Of a stretch of DNA of 64,000 nucleotides, positions 37,006 through 49,899 are shown piece after piece; the stretch's first letter is position 1, and the number at the start of each line of letters is the position of its first letter. Made by a program: the position numbers and the translations under genes. Below the pieces are notes generated by a model, which did no database searches, was not told the origin of the DNA, and saw nothing but the letters and a program-made list of their open reading frames with translations. The stretch covers positions 11,059,187 through 11,123,186 of the forward strand of contig OZ316898.1 in NCBI GenBank assembly GCA_973895155.1, in the 5' to 3' direction. This stretch comes from Marsupella aquatica. Taxonomy: Eukaryota > Plantae > Marchantiophyta.

Positions 37006-37438
37006 GGAGTAGTAGCATCAGTTTGGACACAAGTTTTTTTGTATAAATCAGATCATTGAAATAAATGTGATCTTTGAACTAATGTACCTTGTTATGGTTG
37101 GTGGCAGTTGGGCTTATTTTACTGTTGGCGGATTGTTGTTTCCTGCTGCCTGGGGGTGTCACTGTAAACGTACATGCAGAGGCGGTACATTTGAGGACAG
37201 CGGAGGAGGTGGTGACACCCTCCAACATTTAGAAATTTTGTGTCATTCACTTGACAATAGGTACACTACTTGCGAACCTGTTTTTTTCTTTTGGGGTGGT
37301 TTAGGGTTTGTGAGAATTTAGTACACGTTATGTTAACTCTTTTGGCAGATACAGTCAGGGATATATGGAACACAAATACCACCATTAGGCATCCTTGTTC
37401 ACTGCTGTCCATGACTGCAGAGCTCCCAGCCTGTTACA

Positions 37439-40400
37439 ATGCACCCTGGTCACCACCCTCCCCAGACCCAGCCCAGGGCACAGGCACTGCCTTTGCATCA
37501 TCCCACAAGGATATCACGCCATGATAATAAGCTTTGGCAGCGTGAAAGGTTACGAACCAGACTTTCAGGAGCCAGTAGGATGAGATGTCCTTGTGCAATC
37601 TGCCAAGGATCCCGTACCAGGGGTCTGAATGAGGTTTGGCGGCATATCGCGGTTCATGGAAGAGATCCACGACATCGAGTTTGGAATGATCCTGCAGAGG
37701 AAGATTCTTCCGACGAGGAGTGGAGGTTAGAATTTGATGCTGCCAATGCTGCAAGACGGGCAAGTGAGGTTCTGCCTGGTGCATTTGAAAATGTTGTAGC
37801 TGGTCTCTGTGGGTTGTCAGCTCTCCAACGGGATGGTGCTCAGGCAGCACCACGTGACGAAGGAATTCATGTGGAAGAGATGGTGAGAGACATCTTCCAA
37901 GACTTGGATGCATTTCATGATGGGCTGGACAATGAAGAGGATACGGCTGCAGATGCAAGTGTGCCCCCTGTCGAAGAGCCTCTTGATGAGTTTGAGATAG
38001 GGCAGGAAACCCCTGGGCATGATGGGATGTTTGGCTCTCCCCTGCAAATACAGGAAGGCAGGAAGTCTTTGTACCCCGGTAGCAAATGTTCTAAACTGGG
38101 ATTTGTCATCATGTTCCTGAACATTTGCGGCAACCACAATGTCCCCAACGTTTTGGTTTCTGAGTTGTTGGCATTCTTGCGAACAACTGTGCTACCAGAT
38201 GGTAATATTTTGCCCAAGAACATGTACGAGGCAAAAAGATGCATATCTAATCTTGGATTGAACTATGATTCGATCCATGCCTGTCCTGATGGGCATGTTC
38301 TTTTCAGAAAGGAGTATAAAGAATCGTTGACATGCCCTAAGTGTGGGAAGCACAGGTATCGGAACTCAGGAAAGTCTATGGTTCCCGCCAAGGTACTTCG
38401 TCATTTTCCACTCATTCCCAGACTTCAGCGGATGTTCAGAAGCCGTGCCATCTCGGAGATGATGACTTGGGCAACTGACAAGAAAAGTGATGATGGGCTA
38501 CAACGACATGCTGCAGATTCAAGGCAATGGAAACTCATAGATGAGATGTATCCCGAATTTGCTGCTGAGCCGAGGAATGTCAGACTTGGGCTGTCATTGG
38601 ATGGGGTAAACCCATTTGGAGACAAGAACAACAAATTTTCATGCTGGCCTGTAACTATTTTGAATTATAACCTTCCTCCTTGGATGACTACAAAGCGATT
38701 TTTTGTTCTGATGGTCCTACTGATACCAGGGCCAGACAGTGCTGTATCTGCCAACATAGATGTGTTTCTGGCTCCCCTAGTGGAGGAATTGAGAAAGCTT
38801 TGGGAGGAAGGAGTTCTCACATATGATGTCCTACAGAGGCTTGGGAGGTTAAACCCATTCATCCTTAGAGCCATTGTCATTCTGACTATAGCTGACTACC
38901 CAGCCCATGGGATGATATCAGGCCAAACAACAAAAGGATATTGTGCTTGTACTATCTGTGGGCGCAATGTCACCAGTGAGTACTCCAGAGCCCTGCAGAA
39001 AGTGATATACATGGGCCATCGTCGTTTTCTGAAGACAGATCACCCTTACAGAGAAAGACAGGCACTGATTGCACACTTTGGCAATGAGATTGAGCAACGT
39101 GGACCCCCGGCACGAGTGACCAAAGAGGAGATCAGGCAGTGGGGAGCACTGAGGGATGACTATATCAAACGAGGGGGCAGGGAAGATGGAGTGAGTGATC
39201 CAATAAAGCGATATGGTGTAAAAAGACTGAGCATATTGGACTTGGAGCTCAAGTACTGGAGGGTAAGCCTCTTGGAGTTGATGCTAATTGGGATACATGT
39301 TTTGGTTCAGAGCATGTGCATTCATTTCGAAGAGAGAGACTAAACTTGAGGCATTTCCTGACGCTTTTGCATTGCAACGATGCAGGAGTTTGAGCCAAGC
39401 AAACATAACATTGATGTTATGCACATTGAAAAGAATATTTGTGAGAGTCTACTCAGATTCTTGTGTGGAGAGAAAGACACTGGTTCAGTGAGATTGGATC
39501 TTGAACAGAGGGGAATGAAACCCCATCTTTGGTTGAGGCAACATGCCCACAGAGCTGATGTGCTCTTGAAGTACCAAGCGCCCTATGTTCTGACAGACAC
39601 AGAGTGGGAACTATTTGTGCAGAGGTTGAGTTCTTTGAAGGTTCCTTCAAACTATGGCAGTGCTTTCAAGAAGCATATCATGACTAGAAAGCTTGGTAGT
39701 ATGAAAAGCCATGACTACCATATGTTGATGCAACAGGTGTTGCCTTTATGCCTGAGGGGCCTGTTGCAGAAGCCTGTTCGTACTGTGATCATGCGACTCA
39801 GTGATGTGTTTCGTCGTATTTGTGTGAAGGTTTGGGATGAAACACACTTCCCACAACTGACAGAAGATGTCGCTCAGGTGCTGTGTGACCTGGAGATTTA
39901 TTTTCCTCCCGCATTTTTTGATGTCATGACCCACCTACTTGTCCATGTTGTGGAAGAGCTACACCAATTTGGGCCTGTGAGTGCTCGTTGGTTGTACCCT
40001 TTGGAACGGTACATGAAGCTACTCAAAGGTCACGTGAGAACATATTACAAACCTGAAGCAAGCATGGCTAAAGGTTACATCAAGGATGAGACTCTGGGAT
40101 TTCTGACCGAATACATAGCACAATATGAGCATGTGAAGACCAGGGTGTGGAATTCTGATGAGGAGGAAGGGGTGGTAGGTGAAGTACTGGAAGGGGCTGC
40201 AACCACAAAGAACCTGACCATATCTATGAGAGACTTGGCACATGACTTTGTATTGCACAACACTGTGGTGATGGAACCCTGGATACAGTGAGTGCATACA
40301 TGTGCTATAATCCAGTTCATGAGCTTAAATGTTGTGTTCGTGTGGTTTTCTCCTTCAGCCTGTTCATGTTTACCCAAGCTAATGCTGTGTGGTTGTTCGT

Positions 40401-41170
40401 TCAGGGAGTATGAGTCATTGAAGGCGGCCCATCCCACTGCAGGAACAACTTTTCCAGGTTTCATGGAGTGGATCAGAGTGGCAATTAGAGAGCATCACGA
40501 GACCCACCCAGACATGGATGCAGATGTTTACCTACTGTCTAATGCCCCTAGCCTGAAAGTGAAGACTTACAAACGGATGAGAGCATATGGGAATCACTTC
40601 CGAGTGAAGGATGGTGACAGTGCCTACAGGGTGACGAATGACTGCGGGCTCATCACTGTATTTGAGCAACAGAGCCACAATCACGACAGGGCCTGGATGG
40701 AGATGGGATATGTGGGAGAATTAGTTGACATATGGGCTCTGGACTATGGGGCGGTGTCCAGTCCTGTGATTCTTATGAAAGGTTCATGGGTGCGGCAGGA
40801 TTGGCTTGGTAACAGGGCTACCATGAAGAGAGACAACGACGGTTTCTTGCTGGCCAATTTCAGAGGGAAATTGCCCGAATGGTCTGAGCCATTTGTGTTT
40901 CCTAGTCAGGTGGAGCAAGCTTTCTTCCTGGATGTGGAAGACTCCCCAGGTTGGCGTGTAGTGTGTCATAAACAGGCCAGGCAACGCCGGATGGAAGGAT
41001 CAAACCTTGAGTTTCATTTACACTCTCATAGTGCCTTTGATCGTCGGCGTTCAGACCAAGTGCCTGTAGTTCATGATAGCGGGGACTTCATTCCTGTGAC
41101 AAGGGTAGATGCATTTGCTGAAGGAGGCGAATTCAGAGATGCAGATGCCAACAGTGTGCCTGTGCCATGA
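37439..41170 (+). CDS. CACTA transposase TnpD/Tnp2 (Transposase_21, DUF4218 and DUF4216 regions), 3 exons, ~1163 aa
   Basis: Exons 37439-39262, 39386-40287 and 40405-41170 join in frame through GT-AG introns with no stops. Motifs include CPCAIC, IHACPDGH, RNVRLGLSLDGVNPF, ADYPA, HNIDVMHIEKN, MKSHDYH, FFDVMTHL and WLYPLER. The start codon is tentative. Confidence 0.92.
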
Positions 41171-41326
41171 GTAATGTGAATTGTTTGCATAGACATTAGT
41201 GAGGGGAAGGATGTGTAATAAAGTAATTCTGAAGCAACACAGATGTATGGATGGATGCCTGGTGATTGTGGTTGCATTGTGTTATACGGGGTGACCATAG
41301 ATGACATGTTTTTGTGGTCCAGTAGG

Positions 41327-44300
41327 ATGGAACAGAGTGACACAAAGATGTGTGAGTATGAAAGGAAAGCTATGGAACAACGAGCATACGTGAAAGCCAA
41401 AATCGCAGAACTGGATCTGGAAAAGGATGTGGCTGAATTGTAAGGGAACGATTCTCAACTACACCCCTCCGCTGAGTTTGTGTGACATGAATAGTTCAAT
41501 GTGGCACTGAAATTGTGACTGTATTCTCATATTGGAATGTCGCAGAGCCACAGCATTTTCAAAGAAACAAAAGGAGTACGCAAGAAGGGTGACCAGCACT
41601 ATCTCTGGGCCTGTGCGTCGGAGTGACAGGTTGAGCAAGAAGGTCGTACCTACAATGGCAGAATGTGGAGATGACATTGATGCTGCACAGGTGGGTGCAG
41701 ACACTAGACAAGAAGATGCAGATGATGAGTATTTTCCAGAGGAAATGGATGAGGATGGGGGTTATGAAGATGAATACATTGCAGAGCAGCCCCAAAAGAA
41801 ACATGTAAGTAGTTTTCCCAACAAGGTTTTGAGTTAAAAACTCTTGTTTAGAGGTTTCATATGTTCAGTACTACACATATGTACCTTGCTTAGTTCCTGA
41901 CATTGTAGTTGGTGATGTGATGCAGCGTCCTGCCAGTTCTGTTTTGCCTTCGAAGCCTGTGCATGCACCATACCAGCAGGGGGGGCTGACCTCTGATCAA
42001 GGTTGGCGAGGTGGTAGTAGTGGTAGATCCCAGGCTGGTGCCCAATACTATGGCAGGGGGCAAGCTCTAGGTTATGCCCGTGGTAGAGGCAGAGCAGGTC
42101 CAAACCCACAATCTCGTGGGTATGGACGTCCACCTCAACCGTGGGGATGTGAGTATATATCTATATGCCAGTTCTTTGTGAAGGCATGGCACTCCTGAAT
42201 TTCAGACTGCATATCAATTTTTGACATTGTTTGGGATGTATTGGATTCAGACAACATGAAATTCTGTCCACCTGCCATTGCATGCAGATTCTGCCCAACC
42301 TGATTGGGCAAATGCTAGTAATGATCAGTTCCAATGTCCACAAGGACAGACATGGGTTGAACCAGGTTGGGAGGATGGTGGTGGGTCGTGGAATGAACAA
42401 GGTTGGGAAGGTGGTGAAGGTAATTGGCAGGGATATCAAAATTCAGTACCTACAAACGCTGGAAGAGGAGCAGGTAATGTCTGATCTTGTCAGCAATGGA
42501 AGAACTCATTATATGTGGAGTCCATTCACGTGGGGGGGACTCTGCACATGTATAATGATAGAAAATGTATGTGTGCAGGTTGGACAGTCGAACCATCGAC
42601 TCAAGTATTCACTAATGCCCCTATGCAGATGCAGCACGGAAGGGGGACAGGTATGTCGGTGAATGTTCAGTTGTTTTCCTACAGTTTGTACTTAGTTTTC
42701 AGTACATATGTTTGCACACACATACCTAGAAAGTGACATCATCCGGCCCCTGTACTAGGCTGGACAGGTGGTCCAGGGTCGCAACAATTTCAGAGTGCAG
42801 TCCCTGCACAGGCATCTACAGGCAGAGCTACAGGTATGTATGTTTGAAGAATTTTTCTTGAAGTGAAGCATTGAATGTTGCCGTCATCCATTCTGCTATA
42901 TGTAGTTCTCAAGCATGAATGGCATTGTATTTTCCCAGGTGGCTTCAGAACCCCAGGTAGGGTGAATGAAGGGGTGGCCAATACAACGCCCAGTACTACC
43001 GAGAGCAGTGCACGAGGGGAGGTGACAAAGAAAGGGAACGTAAAGTTGAATGAGAGACAATGGGTGGATGCTGAGTGTCCTCGCAAGAACCGATGGCATG
43101 CTGATTTGAAAGCTGAAGTATTGCGTTGGTTAGATGTGAGTGTTATTAATTTTAAAAAACAGCATCCAAAAGATTGGAAGACTGTATGTGAAAATGTTGC
43201 TGCCAAATGGAATTATGTGGGCAGTGATGATGGCGTGGACATAGGTTGCCTAGAGAGTACAGCAGGTAAAATTATCAAGCAAGAGAGGTGGAGAATGCAT
43301 AAGGCTTGGAAGGAAGGTGGGGAGAAGCCAGATATGCCTCCACCAGCCAGTTGTGATGATAAAGTGTGGGCAAGGTTAGTAGCTTATTTTGTAACAGATG
43401 CTTCAAAAAAGAAGAGTTCACAGATGACCGAGGCCAGGTTGAGTGTTCAGAACCCTAATCTGACAGGAAGGACCGGCACTGCACCGACAGCTAAACGTTT
43501 GGTAAGAATGAATGGCCTAGCTATGTAATTTATGCTACACTATGTACTATTTTTTAGTGTACTGTCCCTACATGTAAACTTTGTTTTTTAGTGTACGTTC
43601 CCTGAATATTGATCGATAACTTGTGTTTGCCATGCATGTGCAGAAAGCCCAATTGGGGCAAAGCCCTTCAAAAGAAGAGTTGAGGGCTGAAATTGTGAAC
43701 ACCCGGGCTCAAGAGGGTGCATCTGAATCCTCCAAGCATGTAAGTTATATGAGTTCTGATTGGTAATTGAATGACCTGCGTTGAATTTCAGGTGTACACT
43801 GTATATAACATTGATTGTGCATATATTGCCCAACATTTCATATGGAGTGATTGAACCTATACCCCTGTGTCATGTAGGGAGGTGGATCTTCACTTACAGA
43901 GATAAGTGGTCGTTTGAAGGCTGTCGAAACATGTCTTCCAGAGATCAATGAACGTTTGAATTCATTGACTGACTTGTTCCATGTGAACTTCAAGACATTA
44001 ATGGAAGCTGTTGTGTCGGTGAGAGATAAAATTGATTCCAATTCTGCAGGAGTTCCACCATCACCACTTGAGGTGGCAAAGTCGATGCACTCTTCTGGCA
44101 TGCCAACGACATGTAGGCTTGAAGGTAAGGCCTTTACAACTGTGTGGGATATGATTATTAAATGTATAGTTTGAATTGACATTGTTTGTTGAATGTGTTA
44201 TTTTCAGTAACATATATTGTGGTTGTTGTGTCCATAGAGAATAAGACAGGTGCTACAGAGAAGAAGTATGAGAACCTGGCAAATACTCGCTGTAATTTAG

Positions 44301-45034
44301 AGGCAACAAAGTTGCAGTCTGTACAAGCAACTTGTTTGACAGAGGGCAGTCAACCATGTTTGGATGAGGATGACATTGGCAAGGGAGTGGATGATATCAA
44401 TGTTGGGGCAAATGAGGATATCAGCAAGCATGACAATGATACCATTGAGCCAGATTCATGCTATGTAGATCTTGACTCCATTGCAGAGATAAATGATTTG
44501 CAGAATGTATCATTCTCAATGACAGGTGTGCCTCTTGTTGAGATAAATCCAACCAAAGAGTTAGTTGGTATGACACTCCCAGGTGATGAACCTGCTACTG
44601 TGACAGTCCTAACAAAGGAACCTACTGAGCCTAGCTTCACTACTGTGAAGAGAGGAAGCATGCGCACACGAAGCAAGTCTGCTGGTGGGAGCAGAGCCAC
44701 GTCAAAGGTTTCATACAAACCTCCAAGAACAGTGCTGGCAGAAAGATCTAAGGTGGAAGTGGGGAAAGCACCTAATGCTGAGGGACAAAGTGGCTTGTTA
44801 GCTGTTGATGAGAGTGGAACACGAGTAGGATTTGCCAGAGTGCAGGTTGGTTCCACAACGTTCCATGGCAAGAGGATTCCCCCAGGTTATTCAGTAGTGT
44901 TAGTCACATTACTAGTGAAACCTAAAGCTGTCCTTCCCATTCCAAACACAAATGATGATCCTCCTCAAAAGACACTTGGAGATGCTGCAGGTTCTTTGGT
45001 ATTATGGCCAAGCAAGTTCATAGAGGATCCATAA
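41327..45034 (+). CDS. CACTA TnpA/Tnp1-like protein, 10 predicted exons, ~876 aa, with a GW-rich low-complexity insert
   Basis: Phase-compatible GT-AG exons: 41327-41439, 41546-41804, 41926-42148, 42288-42473, 42579-42650, 42759-42833, 42939-43501, 43644-43739, 43878-44124, 44238-45034. There is a Ptta-like segment WARLVAYF...KKSSQMTEAR...TGRTG and a C-terminal FHGKRIPPGY...TLGDAAGSLVLWP typical of En/Spm ORF2. Confidence 0.8.
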
Positions 45035-45535
45035 CAATGTCATGCCATTATTTGTTTGTAGTGTGAGTCATGTTATGTAGATTTTAGATGTCAAGAAACA
45101 GTACAAGAATCATGTCCTCTTGGAGATTCATAGTATCATGCATGTGCTTTCAGTTATCTCATCCTACAGTCATCAATTATGAGTTCCTGTTTTGTCTAAA
45201 TTACATTGATCACATTGTAAACTATTCCATTGGAATTCAAATGATCTTCATTTTTTAGCAAGATTGTGATTGTGTTTAATTCTTATGAATGTTTTATGTA
45301 GGATCTGCTTATATGATGCTTTGTTTCATGTGGATGTCATTCATGCTATGTTCATTTCTTGTATTCAATGTGTTATATTTCTAAAGTTAGAACATCAGGT
45401 TTCTATGTATTGTAATGTCGAGTGCTCTCTCTTCTTATGAACTGTCCCTCTGTGTTCATTAGTCATGGTTATAACTTGCATGTGATCCTTATTAGTTATA
45501 AACATGAGTATATAGAGTCCCAAATGGTTCTGTTG

Positions 45536-45859
45536 TGTGACGCGGGCCAGGGTCTCCATTGGTCTCTCCTGTGACACTAAATAGTCACACGCTAGTCGTT
45601 GTTGAATGCGGGTAAGTCATGTATGTGATTTACGATGTGACTCGCTGAAGTCATATTGCAGTCACGTCGAAACAAGGCTAGACTCCACAATAAAGTCACA
45701 GATCAGTCACAAATGGGTATCAAGCAAGTTGCAAAGCCCAGTATCAATAGTGACTTCCATTTTTTGGTCTCAACTTTTGCAACTCCAAGGGTCACAGCGT
45801 GGGTCAAGTCACGTTGAGTCACAATGAAGTCACATGAGCCAAAATGAGTCATATATTGC
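45536..45859. repeat. CACTA 3' subterminal repeat region
   Basis: Dense GTCAC/GTGAC/AGTCA motifs in both orientations just inside the right TIR; similar motifs occur at about 27680-27860. Confidence 0.6.
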
Positions 45860-45889
45860 GGTCTCAGTTCACCTCGGATTCTTCTAGTG
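45860..45889 (-). repeat. CACTA right TIR
   Basis: GGTCTCAGTTCACCTCGGATTCTTCTAGTG followed by the TSD CTC. Confidence 0.9.
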
Positions 45890-47530
45890 CTCGCAACTGT
45901 TTCTCCAACATCTTACTCTTCTCCTTCTCCCTCTTGGCCGCTTCCAACATTGGCCCGTACCGTTGAGTTACTTCTCTTACCACCATCTCAATGGCTTTTG
46001 AGATCAAATCTGGGGAGAGGGTAGGGCTAGAGGGAGATGGGCTCTTCCTCTTCCCCAACCTCAATGTATCGTTCCTCTTGGGCCTGGTCTCAAGGAGTCC
46101 AACTTGACCCCGTAAGTCTACAACTTCCTTCTTGAGTCTCTCGACCTCACCAGTGCCCAGCTTGAGTTTGGTCACTTCATCCCTCAAAACTCCCACCTCC
46201 AGCGCCTCCTTAGCCTTAGTAGATAAGGCTCCTTCCAGTTGTAAAACCTGAATATGTGACTCCTTGAGCGACCTCCCTTGCTCTTGAATTACCACCTCCT
46301 TTGCCTTGACCACCTCTTTCAAGGCCTCATTACTTACTTGTAACATTCCCACCTTGGCCTGGCCTTGGTTGATGGCCTCCTTCAATGTTCGGCACAACTT
46401 AAGCCCCTCATGCACTCCATCACAAAAATCACGTAATTCGGCCAAGTACACCTCGGGCACATCGTAATCAAGAGGCTCCTCTGGGTTCCCCACAAGGGAC
46501 TCCAACCACTCCATAACGCTATCTTCATCTGGTCATCTTCGGTAGTAGGTTGGGCTATTGGCTCAGACGGTGGCCCCTTCACCAAGCTTCCTAATATGGT
46601 GGTGGCTATCCTCCGTATTTCCGTGGTGAAGGGTGGCACCGTTTCCCCTCCTGTGCCCGGTGAGGGAAGAAGCCCTTCCCGCCTGGCCAATAGGAAAGAC
46701 CCCATCAAGTGCATGCCTCCTCCCGTCTTCACACTCTTAGGATCCATGGCCAATGACTTCCTCATCCCAAAATACCACCATCCGTACGTGTGACGTGGGT
46801 GAGTCTTGATGTCGGTGGCAATAACCAACTGATCTCCACTTACCATCCCTGATTGCCCCCTACCAAGTACCCGCTGGTGTACCTTGGCCACAAACACCTT
46901 GTACGCTAGATCCTTGAACGTTGAGAGGGGGATGGTAGTTACGGAAAGGGGGTCCCTCACCACCTCAGCTAGTTCTTCCAATGTAAAAACACCAGGTGGC
47001 TCTACTGGCTGAAACGTGAAGTCCTGGTCATCGAGAAATAAGAGCTTGGCCAACTCCACGTGAGGGATCAACTGACTGTTACAATGAAAATAAATCCCCT
47101 CCGTACGACACTCCAATCCAACCGCAATGTCCCAAGTCCTGTCGGGAGGAATCATAATCTCTACACCCATGAAATCGGTGAGCCCTGTAGCCTGAAAAAT
47201 CTCCTTGCCCTCTTCCATCACCTTGGCAGAAGTGCGGGGGTACACCCTATGGAAAACCTTCCGTACAACCATAGTGCTAGGCATTCCAGATCCCGTACTC
47301 ATGGCAATCGACCGACGTTTCTCTCCCTCCTCCCTAATTCGTGTGGCAATGTACTCCCGGTAAGCAGCCTTGTATCGACGAACACGGGCTGTACTGAACT
47401 CAGGTGGATCAAACATCCACACTAAGAATTCTCCTATCACCACAATTCCCGTCACACCGTACAATTCCTGGCCCGTGTAGCCCCCGTACCATGATCTCGA
47501 GTCCACTCTACTTCCCCTCAGCCAAACCAC
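45890..47530 (-). pseudogene. Retroelement-type accessory ORF (plant-transposon-protein-like N-terminus plus coiled coil), frameshifted and split by the CACTA
   Basis: Overlapping ORFs 46382-47530 and 45864-46514 appear joined by a frameshift near 46530, followed by a heptad-rich coiled coil that continues at 27645. The N-terminal part loosely resembles extra ORFs of plant LTR retroelements; the family call is weak. Confidence 0.5.
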
Positions 47531-49899
47531 CAGAGGAAACCGTCACGAAAAGTTTCACTTACCAGACAACAATCCCCCCAAAAATCCTTGTTTCCCCGAC
47601 CCTTCCGGCCCCCAACACGACCGGCTCCACCTCACTCAGGGGGGTTCCAAATGCTGCCGTCATAAGGGCCTCACCCTCCCATGACACTTAAGCTCCCCCA
47701 AAAGAGCTTTCAGAATGGAGAGGAGCGAGAGGGAAAAAGAAAAAAACATTCGGCCATGGGGGAGAAAAGAGAGACGATGTTTTCAGGCAAAAGGAAAAAA
47801 GAACCCCAATACCCCTGTGCTCTCCTGGACAACCCTTATAGGTGGCCGGCTCCCCTTCAAACATATTGGCACCTTCCGAGGATCGGGGGATTTTTATTCC
47901 CCCACCGCCTTGTAATGGCTCTTCAAGGCCTCCCCTAGGTGCGGGGAGCCTCTTCAAAAAAAAAACCATGGGAGCTCCCTTTCTTAGGCCTCCCCCTTAA
48001 ATACTCACTTCTCCTCGCCCGTACCTGCCCTCTCTGCCTCCCTGGGATGGGGGAATCATTTACCCCCCTTTTATACTCACTGCGCCTAGCCCTGCTCCTT
48101 CCTCATTCGGCTCGCTGCGCCCTGCCCCCAGGAGCATTTAGTGCCCTGTATTGGGGGATTTAATCCCTTATTTTTGGCAGCCTCTTAGCTCCCTCGGCTG
48201 TTTGCAATGGAGGGCTCGCCTCCCTATGGAGGCGCCCATCCCGCTCACGGCAGCACCTCAAACGGGGGATTTAATCCCCCCCCCCACCTCCTGCACGCGG
48301 CCCTATGCAGGGCTCGCGACAGCCACCGCCGTCCGCCCCGGCTCCTCCGCGCCCAGCCCAGTCCGTGCCACCTTACTCCCGGGGTCACTCCCTCCAGCCA
48401 AACCAAAAAAACTTCCCCCCAACGTCCACTGCCGGGGTCACCTTTACTCATAAAAAAACTCCTTGCTCCCGGTCCTGTTTTACTTCTTCTTCCCATCAAC
48501 CTTGCTATTGGGGTCTCTAAAAAGGGCCATAAAATAATGGGGAGTCCCCCAAAGGCAGGGCCCTCCGCCCAACATATTTTCAGAACAACCAGGGGATAAA
48601 GATAAATACAGTACTTCGGTCACAAGTGACGGAATTGACTTAAATTTGAAAAAATGCTTATTTACAATGGTTATTTACACTGCGCAACACTCCGTGACTC
48701 ATTATTCGTGATTTTGAGTGATGGGGACCCTGTCACAAGACCTCTACAGACTACTCTTTCCGAGAGGAGGCTAATTGTGTCCTAGTCACTGAGTTGTTCT
48801 ATATTGAGACCACAGCTAGGAAGAAAGGTTTTGTTGTCTATGGTACTCATAATTAAATGGGTGCCTGCCATTGTTGATGATTGGAAATTCACTCTTTCCA
48901 ATCTACTAGCCGTGCATTACTTCCACGAGCAGCCAGGCAGCTTTAAGGTGTATGACAAGTAGGTTCTACGCTTAATAGGGATCTCACTTTCGAGCCAAAC
49001 TTTGGCTATGAGAATTACATATGTGGCTTCAACCTGATTGTTTTTCTATAGAGATTGTAGTTGTAAGTAAGAATTTTGGTATCACACTTGCTTATATGGC
49101 TTCAAGGACACAGAAACTATTGCAATGTACTCTTTATTGCTTTGCTTCAATGAAGCCTTCACAAATGGCTTTTCGTGTATTATTCACATTGTTGGCATAA
49201 TGTGCTAACTGTGTATAAATGTCTGTATGAATGCATAGATGGCTTCTTTGTAAATGGCTTCAATGTCATTGGTTAGACTTCATTATGACAAAATGGGAAT
49301 GGTTACCAACAGCCTGCATGTCCCCTGTTTTGGATGCATAGATTAATCAAGTTTCTTACTCTAACTTTCAGAATTTCTCTGTTGTCTATCATGCGCTCCC
49401 CAAGCTTGGGAAATCAATGTCTGTATTGAACATAAAGGGCAAAAAAATTCAACGTACTACATTGATGAAAGCTCAACCAGCTTCAAAGTAAGTAGTTGAT
49501 GAAAGCTGGCCTGGCTTCAAAGTAACCAGTCTATGTCCCCTATTTCTCTGTAAGTTGACAGTTCAAACTTCTGTAGTTTCCTCTCCAACCAGTTGAGGCA
49601 GAAAAGGGCAAGACACCCTTTTTTATTTTGGAAACAATTAGCTTCATAAATCAAGTTTCCTAGGAGGTTTCCACAACTCAAACTTTTGACTAATTGATAC
49701 ATTGAACACCATCCAAGCAGGAGACAAACATGAAAGAGACACATGTAAGACCCATTTGAGCTCACAAAGAAGCAAATACCACATGCCAAGGAAGGCAATG
49801 AATATGTCTGTGGTAATTGCCAAAAGTTGTGTGCAATACGTATGAAGAACAGGCCTCAAAACTACAAGTCCAAACCTTCTTTATAGATGAAACTACATC

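Larger units (their letters stand above)
27646..45889 (+). mobile_element. Full-length CACTA (En/Spm) transposon, 18,244 bp, with three cargo ORFs
   Basis: Left end CACTAGAAGAAAACCACCCATTCTGAGACC; right end (reverse complement) CACTAGAAGAATCCGAGGTGAACTGAGACC. The 3-bp TSD CTC lies at 27643-27645 and 45890-45892. Excision restores the interrupted ORF. The element contains TnpD- and TnpA-like genes. Confidence 0.95.
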
